Positions 1 through 8,580 of a stretch of DNA of 64,000 nt are shown here, in pieces. Under the pieces are notes generated by a model. The model searched no databases, had not been told where the DNA came from, and saw only the letters and a list, made by a program, of their open reading frames with translations. The position numbers and the translations under genes are program-made. Within the stretch, counting starts at the first letter, position 1, and every line of letters begins with the position of its first letter. Source of the DNA: Nitrospirota bacterium (GTDB lineage: Bacteria > Nitrospirota > Nitrospiria > 2-01-FULL-66-17). The stretch spans positions 32,001-96,000 of the forward strand of contig JBMOMC010000007.1 in assembly GCA_049325335.1 (NCBI GenBank). Direction: 5' to 3'.

Positions 1-1283
1 TGGAGGTGGTGGGAGTGGATGACCTCGGAACCGCCCATCATGCGGTATTTGACCGGATCGCCCAGATACGAGCGCGGCACCGTAGTCGCGGGATCGCCGA
101 ACGTGTAGGAGCCGTATCCCTGCGACTCGTCGTGGATGCCGTGGCGCGCCTGTTGCAGCGCGAGCCTCGTACCGTGCGCTTCGCTGCGTAGGTTCAAGCC
201 GCGACCGCCTGGGCGATAGGTGTCGGTGAGCGCGTCGCGCTGCTCGAGCAGCACGCCGTCCTGCTTCGTATTGATACGGAAGACTTCGTCGCCGATTTCG
301 TGGTAAAAGATCGCGAATTCACGGAAATCGGGACCGTTGGGATCGTCGATCATGGCCATCCAGCCCGACTTCAGTTCCTGGCCGTTCCACGGATTGAGGT
401 ACTTGGAACCGCGCGGCTCCACCACCAACGAGCCGAACATGCCCTGCGCCCACTGTTCGCGCACCGCGTGGCTGTGAAAATGGTGTCCCTTGTCGGTTTC
501 ATCCCCGGGAATGTACCACTCAAACTCTTGGCTCTTGCCGGGCATGACCAGCGAGTCCTTGTTCGTCATGGTCGCGGCCTGACCGGTGGCCTTGACGATC
601 ATGCCGGATCCGTGGATGTGCATGCTCACCGGTTCGTCGTTTTCGGTCTGGTTGCGCAGCGTGATGCGGACACAGTCGCCCGCGTTGGCACGAATCACCA
701 GCGGCTGGAGCAGGTCGCCCTGCAGGCCGAGAGACACCCCGGACGCGGGAAATTCGTCTTTGCTTTCGCGCGCCACTTTATTTTTTTTCTCTTCCGCCCG
801 AACCTTGTCCATCTCCTCGGTCAAGACGTAGAGGTACCCCGGGAAATAGTCCATGAACCGATTAATGGTGATTTCGACGTTAATGGCGGAGACGTCGAAG
901 ATTTTGACCGGGGCGCCTGCGGGACAGCGCCCGCCGGTTGCGACCGACTCCTCGCTCGCGCTGATGCGAAGCGGAACGCCCTGCATCCGCGCATGCGCCT
1001 CGCCGCTCGACGTGTACCCGCCGAGGTTGCCGCCGGCTCGCGCGATCTCTTGATCCAGCCGCGCGCCCAATGCATTCATCATCTCCACGCCGGCTTTTTG
1101 ATATTGCACACCCTCGGGCGCCTTTGCCGGAGCCGGCTCGGGGATCGACATGTCCATCATATGGTGGCTGTGGTCCTCTTCGGCGGCCGCCTCAGTCACG
1201 GGGCTTCCAAACAACGGCGTGAGCAGGAATGCGCCCGCCGCGACCAGGGTAAAAATTGATGCGTGTTCCGATGACGTTCTCAT
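1..1283 (-). CDS. Large exported multicopper oxidase, MnxG-like (MCO-A); 5' part only, runs off the left edge
   Basis: Absent from the ORF track because it has no stop in the window. Manual translation from ATG 1283 (G-rich RBS) gives MRTSSEHASIFTLVAAGAFLL..EEDHSHHMMDM..GGRCPAGAPVKIFDVSAINVEIT..QPLVIRANAGDCV..SMHIHGSG..HHFHSH..DFREFAIFYHEIGDE..YLGDPVKYR..EVIHSHHL, which is colinear with the 8581-13503 protein. Confidence 0.9.
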   Translation of the reverse strand, partial: MRTSSEHASIFTLVAAGAFLLTPLFGSPVTEAAAEEDHSHHMMDMSIPEPAPAKAPEGVQYQKAGVEMMNALGARLDQEIARAGGNLGGYTSSGEAHARMQGVPLRISASEESVATGGRCPAGAPVKIFDVSAINVEITINRFMDYFPGYLYVLTEEMDKVRAEEKKNKVARESKDEFPASGVSLGLQGDLLQPLVIRANAGDCVRITLRNQTENDEPVSMHIHGSGMIVKATGQAATMTNKDSLVMPGKSQEFEWYIPGDETDKGHHFHSHAVREQWAQGMFGSLVVEPRGSKYLNPWNGQELKSGWMAMIDDPNGPDFREFAIFYHEIGDEVFRINTKQDGVLLEQRDALTDTYRPGGRGLNLRSEAHGTRLALQQARHGIHDESQGYGSYTFGDPATTVPRSYLGDPVKYRMMGGSEVIHSHHL

Positions 1284-1441
1284 ACCCCCCCTTTCGATTG
1301 CTGTTCGCTGTTACTCGTGCACGGCGGCGTTCACATCGGAAGCCATCGCCGTCACATGGTTGATTGTGCGTGCGTTCATCGGTCGCCGTACTCGCTCCCG
1401 CGGAAATAGTTTCTAAAAAGAGACAAACCCGGTGTTAAGCA

Positions 1442-1458
1442 AGCAAACAGCGTGCCGA
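1442..1458 (-). promoter_or_regulatory. sigma54 (-24/-12) promoter for MCO-A
   Basis: Minus strand reads TCGGCACGCTGTTTGCT, which is GG-N10-GC and close to the consensus TGGCACG-N4-TTGC. It lies about 160 bp upstream of ATG 1283, next to a sigma54 activator gene. Confidence 0.8.
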
Positions 1459-1523
1459 TGACTGGAATGAGGGATTACGACAAATTGGATAGCGGTTTAC
1501 GCGGATTCGATCACATAACCAAT

Positions 1524-1601
1524 TTTGACAAAACCATAAGATGTCAAATTATCTAGACACCACGTCAACGATTATAGACATTAGTTAGACACAAGAAGAC
1601 A
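1524..1601. promoter_or_regulatory. Putative enhancer (UAS) array for a sigma54 activator
   Basis: TGTC-N10-GACA (1542-1559) and CGTC-N10-GACA (1563-1580) are 21 bp apart. TAGACA/AAGACA occurs at 1554, 1575, 1586 and 1596. There is also an inverted TTTGACA..TGTCAAA at 1524-1548. The array is 80-140 bp upstream of the -24 element. Confidence 0.55.
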
Positions 1602-1678
1602 GCAGGCTTCGAGTTCAATGTGGGACCGGCGGTCTTGTTTGTGACGGAGGGAAAAGGAGTCCGCCTAATTGGAGACGA

Positions 1679-3037
1679 TTAGGCGCGGGGATCGCCGAGG
1701 TTGTGCGCCCCGAGATCATATCGCTTCAGTTTGTTGTACAGACTGGACCGCGAGATGCCGAGGGAGCGGGCGGCGAGCGATCTATTGCCTCGGTTGTTCT
1801 GAATCGCCGCGACAATCCGATCACGTTCAGCCCGCGACCTGACCTCATCGAGCGTCACAGGGGAATGGCCGGGCGAGAGATCAATCGGAGTCGAACGAGA
1901 CCATCCCGTCGCCGCCCGTGGGCCCAACCCCGATTCCTCTTCTTCGATCACGATCGACTCAGGGGTAATCAGGTCTCTGGGCGCGATCAGCACGGCCCGT
2001 TCGACCACGTTCTCCAACTCACGGACGTTGCCCTTCCAGGAAAGACGCTGGAGCAGATCCGCGGCGTCAGAAGCCAAACGCATCTCCCCCTCTCTTGACT
2101 GCCGTGCATATTTCGCAATGAAGTACCGGGTCAGGGGGAGGATGTCGTCTGGCCGCTCGCGCAACGAGGGCACTCGAATCGGGACCACCGCGAGGCGATA
2201 GTACAGGTCTTCCCTGAACGATTTTTTCGCGATCGCGTTCTTCAAACTGGTGTTGGTGGCCGCCACCACGCGGACATCGACTTTGATGGTCCTGGTCCCC
2301 CCGACCGACCGAATTTCTCCCTCTTGCAGCGCGCGCAGCAGTTTGGCCTGGAACGCGGGGCTCGTGTCGCCGATTTCATCGAGGAAAATCGTGCCTCCGG
2401 TCGCCTCCTCGAACAGCCCCTTCTTACGATACATGGCTCCAGTAAAGGCGCCCCTCACGTGGCCGAACAGTTCACTTTCCAAGAGCGTGTCCGGCAGCGC
2501 GCCGCAGTTGATGGGGACGAACGGGCCGCGCCGACGGTCGCTGCACTGGTGGATCGCACGGGCGACCAACTCCTTTCCGGTCCCACTCTCTCCGTAGATT
2601 AGGATCGTCGCGTTGCTGGCGGAGACGCGGCGGACCAGTTCGAAGAGGGCCCTCATCTGCGCGCTAGTCGCGACCATATCGCAGAAGACGATCGGCGACT
2701 GTTCCCGCGGCGCACGGGGAGGAACAGCGCAATTGCCGTCCGGTTCGTCCGCCTCCGGCTGGTGAGCCGGGCTGTCCACTCCGATCATCCGAGCTACTCG
2801 GCCGTCCCGGTCAAAAATCGGATAGGCGTGGATCGTCTCGTGGTAGGCAGAGATGGCTTTGGAGGGTTCGGTGGGCGGCACAGCGTGTGACTCCACAACG
2901 TCCGAATCCCCGTGCGCGCCGCTGAGCGACACCTCGATAACGCCGTCGTCAGGATTCACGTGAACGGAATCGTCGATGGGAGGACGCCGTCGCATCACAT
3001 TGCCGTCAACCGGCCCCGAGTCGGAAGGATAAACCAC
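1679..3037 (-). CDS. sigma54-dependent Fis-family transcriptional activator (bEBP)
   Basis: Walker [40 protein letters not shown] and a C-terminal HTH ([16 protein letters not shown]). GTG 3037 has a GAGGAGG RBS; the ORF-track start at 3277 is probably too long. Confidence 0.92.
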   Translation of the reverse strand: MVYPSDSGPVDGNVMRRRPPIDDSVHVNPDDGVIEVSLSGAHGDSDVVESHAVPPTEPSKAISAYHETIHAYPIFDRDGRVARMIGVDSPAHQPEADEPDGNCAVPPRAPREQSPIVFCDMVATSAQMRALFELVRRVSASNATILIYGESGTGKELVARAIHQCSDRRRGPFVPINCGALPDTLLESELFGHVRGAFTGAMYRKKGLFEEATGGTIFLDEIGDTSPAFQAKLLRALQEGEIRSVGGTRTIKVDVRVVAATNTSLKNAIAKKSFREDLYYRLAVVPIRVPSLRERPDDILPLTRYFIAKYARQSREGEMRLASDAADLLQRLSWKGNVRELENVVERAVLIAPRDLITPESIVIEEEESGLGPRAATGWSRSTPIDLSPGHSPVTLDEVRSRAERDRIVAAIQNNRGNRSLAARSLGISRSSLYNKLKRYDLGAHNLGDPRA

Positions 3038-3098
3038 CGCGCCCTCCTCAAATGAGTTACCGCCGTCACTTCGCATGCGGCGAGTCAACAACCATGCC

Positions 3099-3127
3099 AT
3101 CATTAACGAAATAACTCCTCGTGTCAA
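3099..3127 (-). promoter_or_regulatory. Possible sigma70 promoter for the activator gene
   Basis: TTGACA (3127-3122), 17-bp spacer, AATGAT. Confidence 0.4.
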
Positions 3128-3275
3128 GAGCGCCCAGTTTGCCGGCACCATGCGGGTTGTGACCTGTAATCCATTTGAGTGGCTTGATGTTTCCGTGCTC
3201 AATTGGTTAGGCTTACATTTTCGACTCGCGCGATCCGTTCGCACCTGGTGGTAAACAGGGGATACACAACCACCC

Positions 3276-4331
3276 ATGATTGATCCACGCCGACAACCGC
3301 GTCAAGACAGCGTCCGATCGTCCGCGCGAACGCGCCGGATGTCCACGGCCCTGCTCAGGACTGGCGCCGGAGCATTGCCGACGCGAACGGTTCACTTTTC
3401 CGTCGACCGTCCTCTGGGCACGTTGTTTACCCGAAGCCACAACGAAGAAACCGAGTCCGGATGGAAGCGGCTCGGACACGCGTATGGGTCGGTGACGCTC
3501 CCGGCCGACGCGTCGCTCAGACTGAAAGTGGCGGCCGAGGAAACCGCTCCCACCGACCTCTCGGCCCTAGCCATGCTTCGTCCAAACGACCTGCAAAGCC
3601 TGCGGCTCGAATACACGCCCACGACCGACGCGACCCTATCGTCGCTTGAGGGCCTTACCGGTTTGTGGGAGCTTGACGTCAAGGCCACCGCCGTCACCGA
3701 CTCGGGACTGCGCCACTTGCGGGACCTGGCTCACCTGGTCGAACTCGGGCTGTGGGAAACGCGTGTGACCAATACCGGGTTGACTTCGCTTGAGGGGCTG
3801 ACCCACATCCGAAAACTCGACCTAGGGATGACCGACGTCACCTGCTCCGGGTTAAAACTCCTGCGCCACATGAGTCGACTCCAAGGGCTCTCCTTGGGAA
3901 GAACCCGGATTGGAGATCTCGGGCTGACGTTCTTGGGGAGCCTCACGCGATTGGAAGGCCTTTTTCTGGGCGGAACAAGGATTACCGGTCAGGGTTTGGC
4001 GCACCTTCAGAACCTGCACGCGTTGCGGCGGATCGCGTTGGCTGCGACCGCAGTGGACGACGCCGGCCTTGGACATTTACGACGACTTCCGACGCTCGAG
4101 TGGTTGTATCTGGGGGGCACCCTGATCAGCGACTCCGGACTTGCGTACCTTGGGGAGATCCCGACACTGCGGTGGATCTGCCTCCCGGGCACATCCGTGA
4201 CCGACACGGGACTAACGCACCTGACCCGGCTCACCGCACTCGAGGAGCTCGATCTTCGAGACACGCGAGTCAGTCGAGCAGGAATCGAGCGGCTCAGGCA
4301 GGCCCTGCCGAATTGTTTGATCATGCACTAG
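3276..4331 (+). CDS. Leucine-rich repeat protein (ten 24-aa LRRs); start may be ATG 3339
   Basis: Repeats of LxxLxLxxTx(V/I)TDxGLxxLxxL ending in a cap ..[10 protein letters not shown]. Confidence 0.9.
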   Translation: MIDPRRQPRQDSVRSSARTRRMSTALLRTGAGALPTRTVHFSVDRPLGTLFTRSHNEETESGWKRLGHAYGSVTLPADASLRLKVAAEETAPTDLSALAMLRPNDLQSLRLEYTPTTDATLSSLEGLTGLWELDVKATAVTDSGLRHLRDLAHLVELGLWETRVTNTGLTSLEGLTHIRKLDLGMTDVTCSGLKLLRHMSRLQGLSLGRTRIGDLGLTFLGSLTRLEGLFLGGTRITGQGLAHLQNLHALRRIALAATAVDDAGLGHLRRLPTLEWLYLGGTLISDSGLAYLGEIPTLRWICLPGTSVTDTGLTHLTRLTALEELDLRDTRVSRAGIERLRQALPNCLIMH

Positions 4332-4390
4332 AGATTGCTCGAATTCTCCGATCGGGCACCTTGGCGCGATGATGGCGAACAACCGCCGCG

Positions 4391-4873
4391 TCACAGCTTC
4401 TTTTCACATGCCCTAGGAACACGTCCCGAACCATCGGGAACGTCCCGCAGAACGGCGTCTGCGTCAATGAAAAACTCGTACGGCCGCCCCGCCTGTTTGC
4501 CGGTTCGGTGGTAGGTCCCTTGCACGAGGACTTGCTGACATTCCCTCACGGTCGGAGCCAGCCATGCGATCACCGTCACGGAAGTCTCGGTCGCTCCGGC
4601 TTCGGTCCCGGCTTCGTCCAACCGGAGCTCCACATACTCGCTTCCGCGTCGACCGCGCTCCCACGCAATGTGCCCCACGTATCCCGTGACGAGCACGAGA
4701 CGGCCGTCGTACTGATCCGGGTGTTCCACCAGATCGTGAATCGCCGCGTTCAGCGGGGCCTCTCCCGCGTGAGCGGTGTCGAACGCGCCCACTCCAGGGG
4801 CCGTCCAGACGAGCGCCCAAAAAACAGCGAGCACCGCGCCCAGCACACCCCATCTGGTATCCGGCGTTGTCAT
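4391..4873 (-). CDS. Exported OB-fold-like hypothetical protein
   Basis: N-terminal hydrophobic signal. IHDLVEHPDQYDGRLVLVTGYV...VLVQGTY resembles single OB-fold periplasmic proteins. Confidence 0.6.
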   Translation of the reverse strand: MTTPDTRWGVLGAVLAVFWALVWTAPGVGAFDTAHAGEAPLNAAIHDLVEHPDQYDGRLVLVTGYVGHIAWERGRRGSEYVELRLDEAGTEAGATETSVTVIAWLAPTVRECQQVLVQGTYHRTGKQAGRPYEFFIDADAVLRDVPDGSGRVPRACEKKL

Positions 4874-4928
4874 CGTCAAAACTCTATCACTCCCGGTTTC
4901 GCCGCGCCACACGCCTACACACGCCTCA

Positions 4929-4937
4929 TGGTATAAT
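4929..4937 (+). promoter_or_regulatory. Extended -10 promoter element
   Basis: TGGTATAAT is a perfect TGnTATAAT, about 37 bp before ATG 4974. Confidence 0.6.
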
Positions 4938-4973
4938 GCCCGGCCACTTCACGATCCGAAAGGATTACAACGA

Positions 4974-5528
4974 ATGAATCTTCGGACCAGTATGGGAATC
5001 GGCGCATGGACCGTTGCCGTGTGGCTCGGTGGGGCCGGACTCGTTCTGGCTGAATCGACGAGCGCTCCTTCAGCCGACGCCACGCCCACGCCACCGACGG
5101 TCGAGGCCGCGCCGTCCGGGATCCTTATTGAGCTCTTTCTGGCACCGGAACAACGCGAGGCGATCCCGGTTATCAAGAAGGAATTTGAAGCGCTGTCCAT
5201 CACGCGGGTTCGGCCCCAGGTCTTCCGACTCGGGAACCCGCCGAGAAACATCGCGATCGGGAAGGACATCCCAGCCGACGTCGCGCGCCTTGCGCTCCAA
5301 ATTGCCGTGGACTATAACCGTGGGGTGGAGTCTCTCTTACCCGAATACCGGTATTTCCCCAAACACATCGTGATCGGCAGCTCCGCGTTCGACGAAGCCT
5401 CCCAGATCCCCATTAAACCCGACGACCTTCAGCGACTCCGCGATCCGTCGCTGTCCACCGATCAGTTCCACGAACTGTACCGAAGCCTCACCGGCGAGGA
5501 CAATCGCCTTCCGACCTACCTGAAGTAA
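4974..5528 (+). CDS. Exported protein of unknown function (paralogue of 14032-14619)
   Basis: Signal peptide MNLRTSMGIGAWTVAVWLGGAGLVLA, Pro/Thr linker, and a domain alignable with the 14032 ORF. Confidence 0.8.
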   Translation: MNLRTSMGIGAWTVAVWLGGAGLVLAESTSAPSADATPTPPTVEAAPSGILIELFLAPEQREAIPVIKKEFEALSITRVRPQVFRLGNPPRNIAIGKDIPADVARLALQIAVDYNRGVESLLPEYRYFPKHIVIGSSAFDEASQIPIKPDDLQRLRDPSLSTDQFHELYRSLTGEDNRLPTYLK

Positions 5529-5536
5529 CACTCTCA

Positions 5537-5567
5537 CCCCCTTTGAAAAAGGGGGGCTGGGGGATTT
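5537..5567. repeat. Palindromic hairpin / short dispersed-repeat-like element between convergent genes; may act as a terminator
   Basis: CCCCCTTT-GAA-AAAGGGGG followed by GCTGGGGGATTT. Confidence 0.6.
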
Positions 5568-5577
5568 GCCTCTGATC

Positions 5578-6594
5578 TCAGTGCGTGGCCTTGAGGCGTT
5601 CCAAGTAGGATTTTGCGTCCGCATTGGCGGGGTCCAACTCCAGTACCCGCTGAAACGACTCCCGGGCGGCCGCCACGAGATCGGCTCGATCGTGCGGGTC
5701 ATCGAGCGACGCGGCCAAGAGCACCTGCGATTCGCCGAGCGCAAAAAACGCCGCGGGAGACGCTTGTCGGACTTGCGCGAGCATCGAGTATTCCTGAACC
5801 GCCTCGCCGTACTGCTTCTTCCCGACGTATGCCCGCGCCAGCCGCTCGCGGGCGTTGGATTCGTTCGGGTCGTCGTCCAGCAGTTTCCGCCACTCCGCCA
5901 TCGCCCGATCGATCTCGCCGCGCCGCTCATAAAGCAGGCTCAGCGAGTAGCGCGCCTCGCTCAATGAGGGATCAAGCCGTAACGACTCGTCCAGTTCGCG
6001 TTGCGCGCGGACATCATCCTTCTTTTTCAGATACAGATTGCCCAACCCAGCGTGGACGATGGCGATCTTGGGCGACAGCCGGTTGGCCTCAAGGTACGCC
6101 CGCATGGCCTCTTCGTCCTTGCCCAGCCGTGACGCGGCGTGCCCCAACGAAAGCCACGGGTGTTCGTCTTTAGGATCCAGCCGGGTGGCCTGACGGAATT
6201 CCTTGGCCGCGTCTTCGAGCGACTCGCTCTGCAGGTAGAGTCGCCCCAACCAGTAATGCACCCTCGGGCTGTTCGGATGCTCGCGGGCCATCTTTTTGTA
6301 GGTCTCGAGTCCCTGCCGGCCGCGCCGCGTCGACAAGTACGTCATGAACAGGGCCTGGTGATACTTGTGACTCTCCAGGCTCGCCTGCACCGCGTTGGTG
6401 AACTGCTCGATCGCTTCGTCGTACCGGCGCTCTTTGTTGAGTTCCGTCCCCCGCTGAAAAAAGGCCGCGGCCTGATCGTCAGGAGCGGCATACGCGGGAC
6501 ATGAGAGCCACACCACCGCGCACGTCACCGCGACAACCGCCCAGCATCGTCGCAACGGGACACACGTCGCTGTTCTGAACCGGCGCGTCACCAC
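5578..6594 (-). CDS. Exported TPR-repeat protein; last gene of the MCO-B operon
   Basis: Signal peptide (..VVWLSCPAYA) followed by about 8 TPRs (e.g. VHYWLGRLY..AAKEFRQATRLDP). Start approximate (GTG 6594 or 6591). Confidence 0.85.
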   Translation of the reverse strand: MVTRRFRTATCVPLRRCWAVVAVTCAVVWLSCPAYAAPDDQAAAFFQRGTELNKERRYDEAIEQFTNAVQASLESHKYHQALFMTYLSTRRGRQGLETYKKMAREHPNSPRVHYWLGRLYLQSESLEDAAKEFRQATRLDPKDEHPWLSLGHAASRLGKDEEAMRAYLEANRLSPKIAIVHAGLGNLYLKKKDDVRAQRELDESLRLDPSLSEARYSLSLLYERRGEIDRAMAEWRKLLDDDPNESNARERLARAYVGKKQYGEAVQEYSMLAQVRQASPAAFFALGESQVLLAASLDDPHDRADLVAAARESFQRVLELDPANADAKSYLERLKATH

Positions 6595-6640
6595 CGGATC
6601 GAGACCAGCCGACTCCGCGCTCCCGCGGCGAGACCGTGGC

Positions 6641-7534
6641 TCATTGCACTTGTCGCTCGACGGTAGGTATCGGCATGGGTCGCGCGTCCAACGCGGTATC
6701 GAGCCGATACCGCTGTTGTTGATCGTGCAAGGGGATGGCAACATCCTTGGCGTTGAACGCGAAGTCCACGGTCGCTTTGCCCTGGGCGGACACCGTCACG
6801 CGGCCCGACTGAACCGGAAGGTGCGGGTGCCACGCGATCACATCGTACTGCCCTGGCTGCAGGTCGGGAATGGAAAACGTCCCGTCAGCCGCCGTGACCG
6901 CGAAATACGGATTGCCGACCGCGATTCCCCATGACTGCATGAAGTCGTGCACCCCACATTGGGTGTGGAACACGTAGTGCCCCTTCCGCATCCGGATGGC
7001 CTTCTCCGCGCGCGCATTCGGGATCATCGGTTTGTTGAACATCTCAATCGCAAAGTCTTCGCGCATCGAATACGCTTGGATGTCGTGCGTAATGTCGTCC
7101 TTGTTGATCATCGAGAGCGGGTGGCCATTGCGCACCGGCATGATAAACGGGGCGATCCGGCAGTGTTCGATTTGGAGCTCGGGCATGTACGTGAAGGCCT
7201 TGCCCTTTTCCACGCCGACCACGGCCACCACGACGCCCTCGAACCCGCCGTCCTGTCCAACCCGGAACTCCCGGAGGAGGCGGTTGCCGGCGCCGTCAGA
7301 GACTTTTCCGCAAAACGCCATGTTTGGAGAAAACACCAGGTGAAAGATCCGCGACGGCGGCGGCGGACCGTCGAGGCGCACCCGGCCCGTTACGGACCCG
7401 CCGTCCGTGACCGTGGTTTCCACGTATCCCAGGGCCGGTGAGCCGGATAGCGACGCACCGCACAGCGCAAGCATCCCCAGGGCCGCCACACCGCCGCGCC
7501 GAATCCTGCTGACCACGTGCTCACGTCTCATCAC
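6641..7534 (-). CDS. Exported protein: cupredoxin-like core plus carboxypeptidase-regulatory-like domain
   Basis: Signal peptide, GGSVTGRV, NKDDITHD..CGVHDFMQSW, NPYFAVT..DGTFSIPDLQPGQYDVIAWHP. AGGAG RBS precedes GTG 7534 / ATG 7531. Confidence 0.8.
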   Translation of the reverse strand: MMRREHVVSRIRRGGVAALGMLALCGASLSGSPALGYVETTVTDGGSVTGRVRLDGPPPPSRIFHLVFSPNMAFCGKVSDGAGNRLLREFRVGQDGGFEGVVVAVVGVEKGKAFTYMPELQIEHCRIAPFIMPVRNGHPLSMINKDDITHDIQAYSMREDFAIEMFNKPMIPNARAEKAIRMRKGHYVFHTQCGVHDFMQSWGIAVGNPYFAVTAADGTFSIPDLQPGQYDVIAWHPHLPVQSGRVTVSAQGKATVDFAFNAKDVAIPLHDQQQRYRLDTALDARPMPIPTVERQVQ

Positions 7535-7545
7535 GGATTGCACTC

Positions 7546-8478
7546 CTATTGATCGCAATATGGGGCTTCACAGCTCTCGAGGTGCTCGTGCGGATGCGCC
7601 TCCGGCCCCACGCGAAACTTCTCCTGACTTTCGTACAACGGCCGAACCACCTGATTACCGTCGAACTCGAATGTGAGCGTCGCCGCGCCGTTGGGCGCAA
7701 CGGTCACCTCCTGCTCGGTCGGCGCCAAGTGGGGATGCCACGCCACCACGCGGTAGGTGCCGGGCGGGATATTGTCGATGGTAAACTCCCCGTCCTTGCG
7801 GGTCTTGGCGTAGTAGGGATTGTCAACCGCATAGCTCCAGCTCTGCATGAATTCGTGCATACCGCAGATCATCTGGGCGATGCGTTTGCCGGGTTGAAGG
7901 TGAATCAGGCCGCCACGCGGTTCGGTGGACACCGGGATCGGGAAATTCAAGACGATATTGCCTCGTTCGCTCTGAAAGATCTGGCTGTTGTGGATGATCG
8001 GATCCTTATTGATGACCGAGATCGGTTGAGGATTGCGGATCACGGAGACCAAGGGGTGCTCGTGCCGCAGGTTCCCGCGTTCGTTCACCGCAAACTGCTC
8101 GCTGTCTGGTACGTCGGCGGGATGGAACATGCAGTCGACCACCACGAAGTCCGATGAAATCGACGCAAACGGCTTGCCCTTGTCCACCCGCTGCACCGAC
8201 ACCACGGCGTCGGACAGACCGCCGCCAGCCCCGACAATGAACTCTTCCAAGACAATATGTCCCTTGCCGTCCGAAATTTTTTTGCAGAAGGGACCGAACG
8301 GATACAACACCAAGGGAAAAACCCGTGGTTCAGGAACCGCCCCGGTGAGCACGACTCTCCCCGTGATGGATCCGCCGTTCTTGACCGCGATTTCTTCATA
8401 CGCGACCGCAGTCCCGCTTGTCGTCACGCCCGCGACCAAGGCCGCGACCATTGTGAGCCAATTCACATTCCGAATCAT
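7546..8478 (-). CDS. Exported protein: cupredoxin-like core plus carboxypeptidase-regulatory-like domain (paralogue of 6641-7534)
   Basis: Signal peptide, GGSITGRV, NKDPIIHN..CGMHEFMQSW, NPYYAKT..DGEFTIDNIPPGTYRVVAWHP, and a His/Cys-rich tail (HPHEHLESCEAPYC). Confidence 0.85.
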   Translation of the reverse strand: MIRNVNWLTMVAALVAGVTTSGTAVAYEEIAVKNGGSITGRVVLTGAVPEPRVFPLVLYPFGPFCKKISDGKGHIVLEEFIVGAGGGLSDAVVSVQRVDKGKPFASISSDFVVVDCMFHPADVPDSEQFAVNERGNLRHEHPLVSVIRNPQPISVINKDPIIHNSQIFQSERGNIVLNFPIPVSTEPRGGLIHLQPGKRIAQMICGMHEFMQSWSYAVDNPYYAKTRKDGEFTIDNIPPGTYRVVAWHPHLAPTEQEVTVAPNGAATLTFEFDGNQVVRPLYESQEKFRVGPEAHPHEHLESCEAPYCDQ

Positions 8479-8580
8479 TGATGAATCCTTCCTTGTTGCT
8501 TATGAGAAAACAGCATCGGGGCAGGAACAGCCGCCGGCCGTCCCTGCCCCGATATCTTACCGTCTTGCCACGATATAACG

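Noticed and set aside
300..1259. 319-aa plus-strand ORF
   Set aside because: Antisense shadow of MCO-A. The minus frame carries the copper motifs.
1521..1601. GACA repeats as a mini-CRISPR or iteron array
   Set aside because: The repeats are only ~6 bp with 10-21 bp spacing and there is no cas or rep gene. They fit activator sites better.
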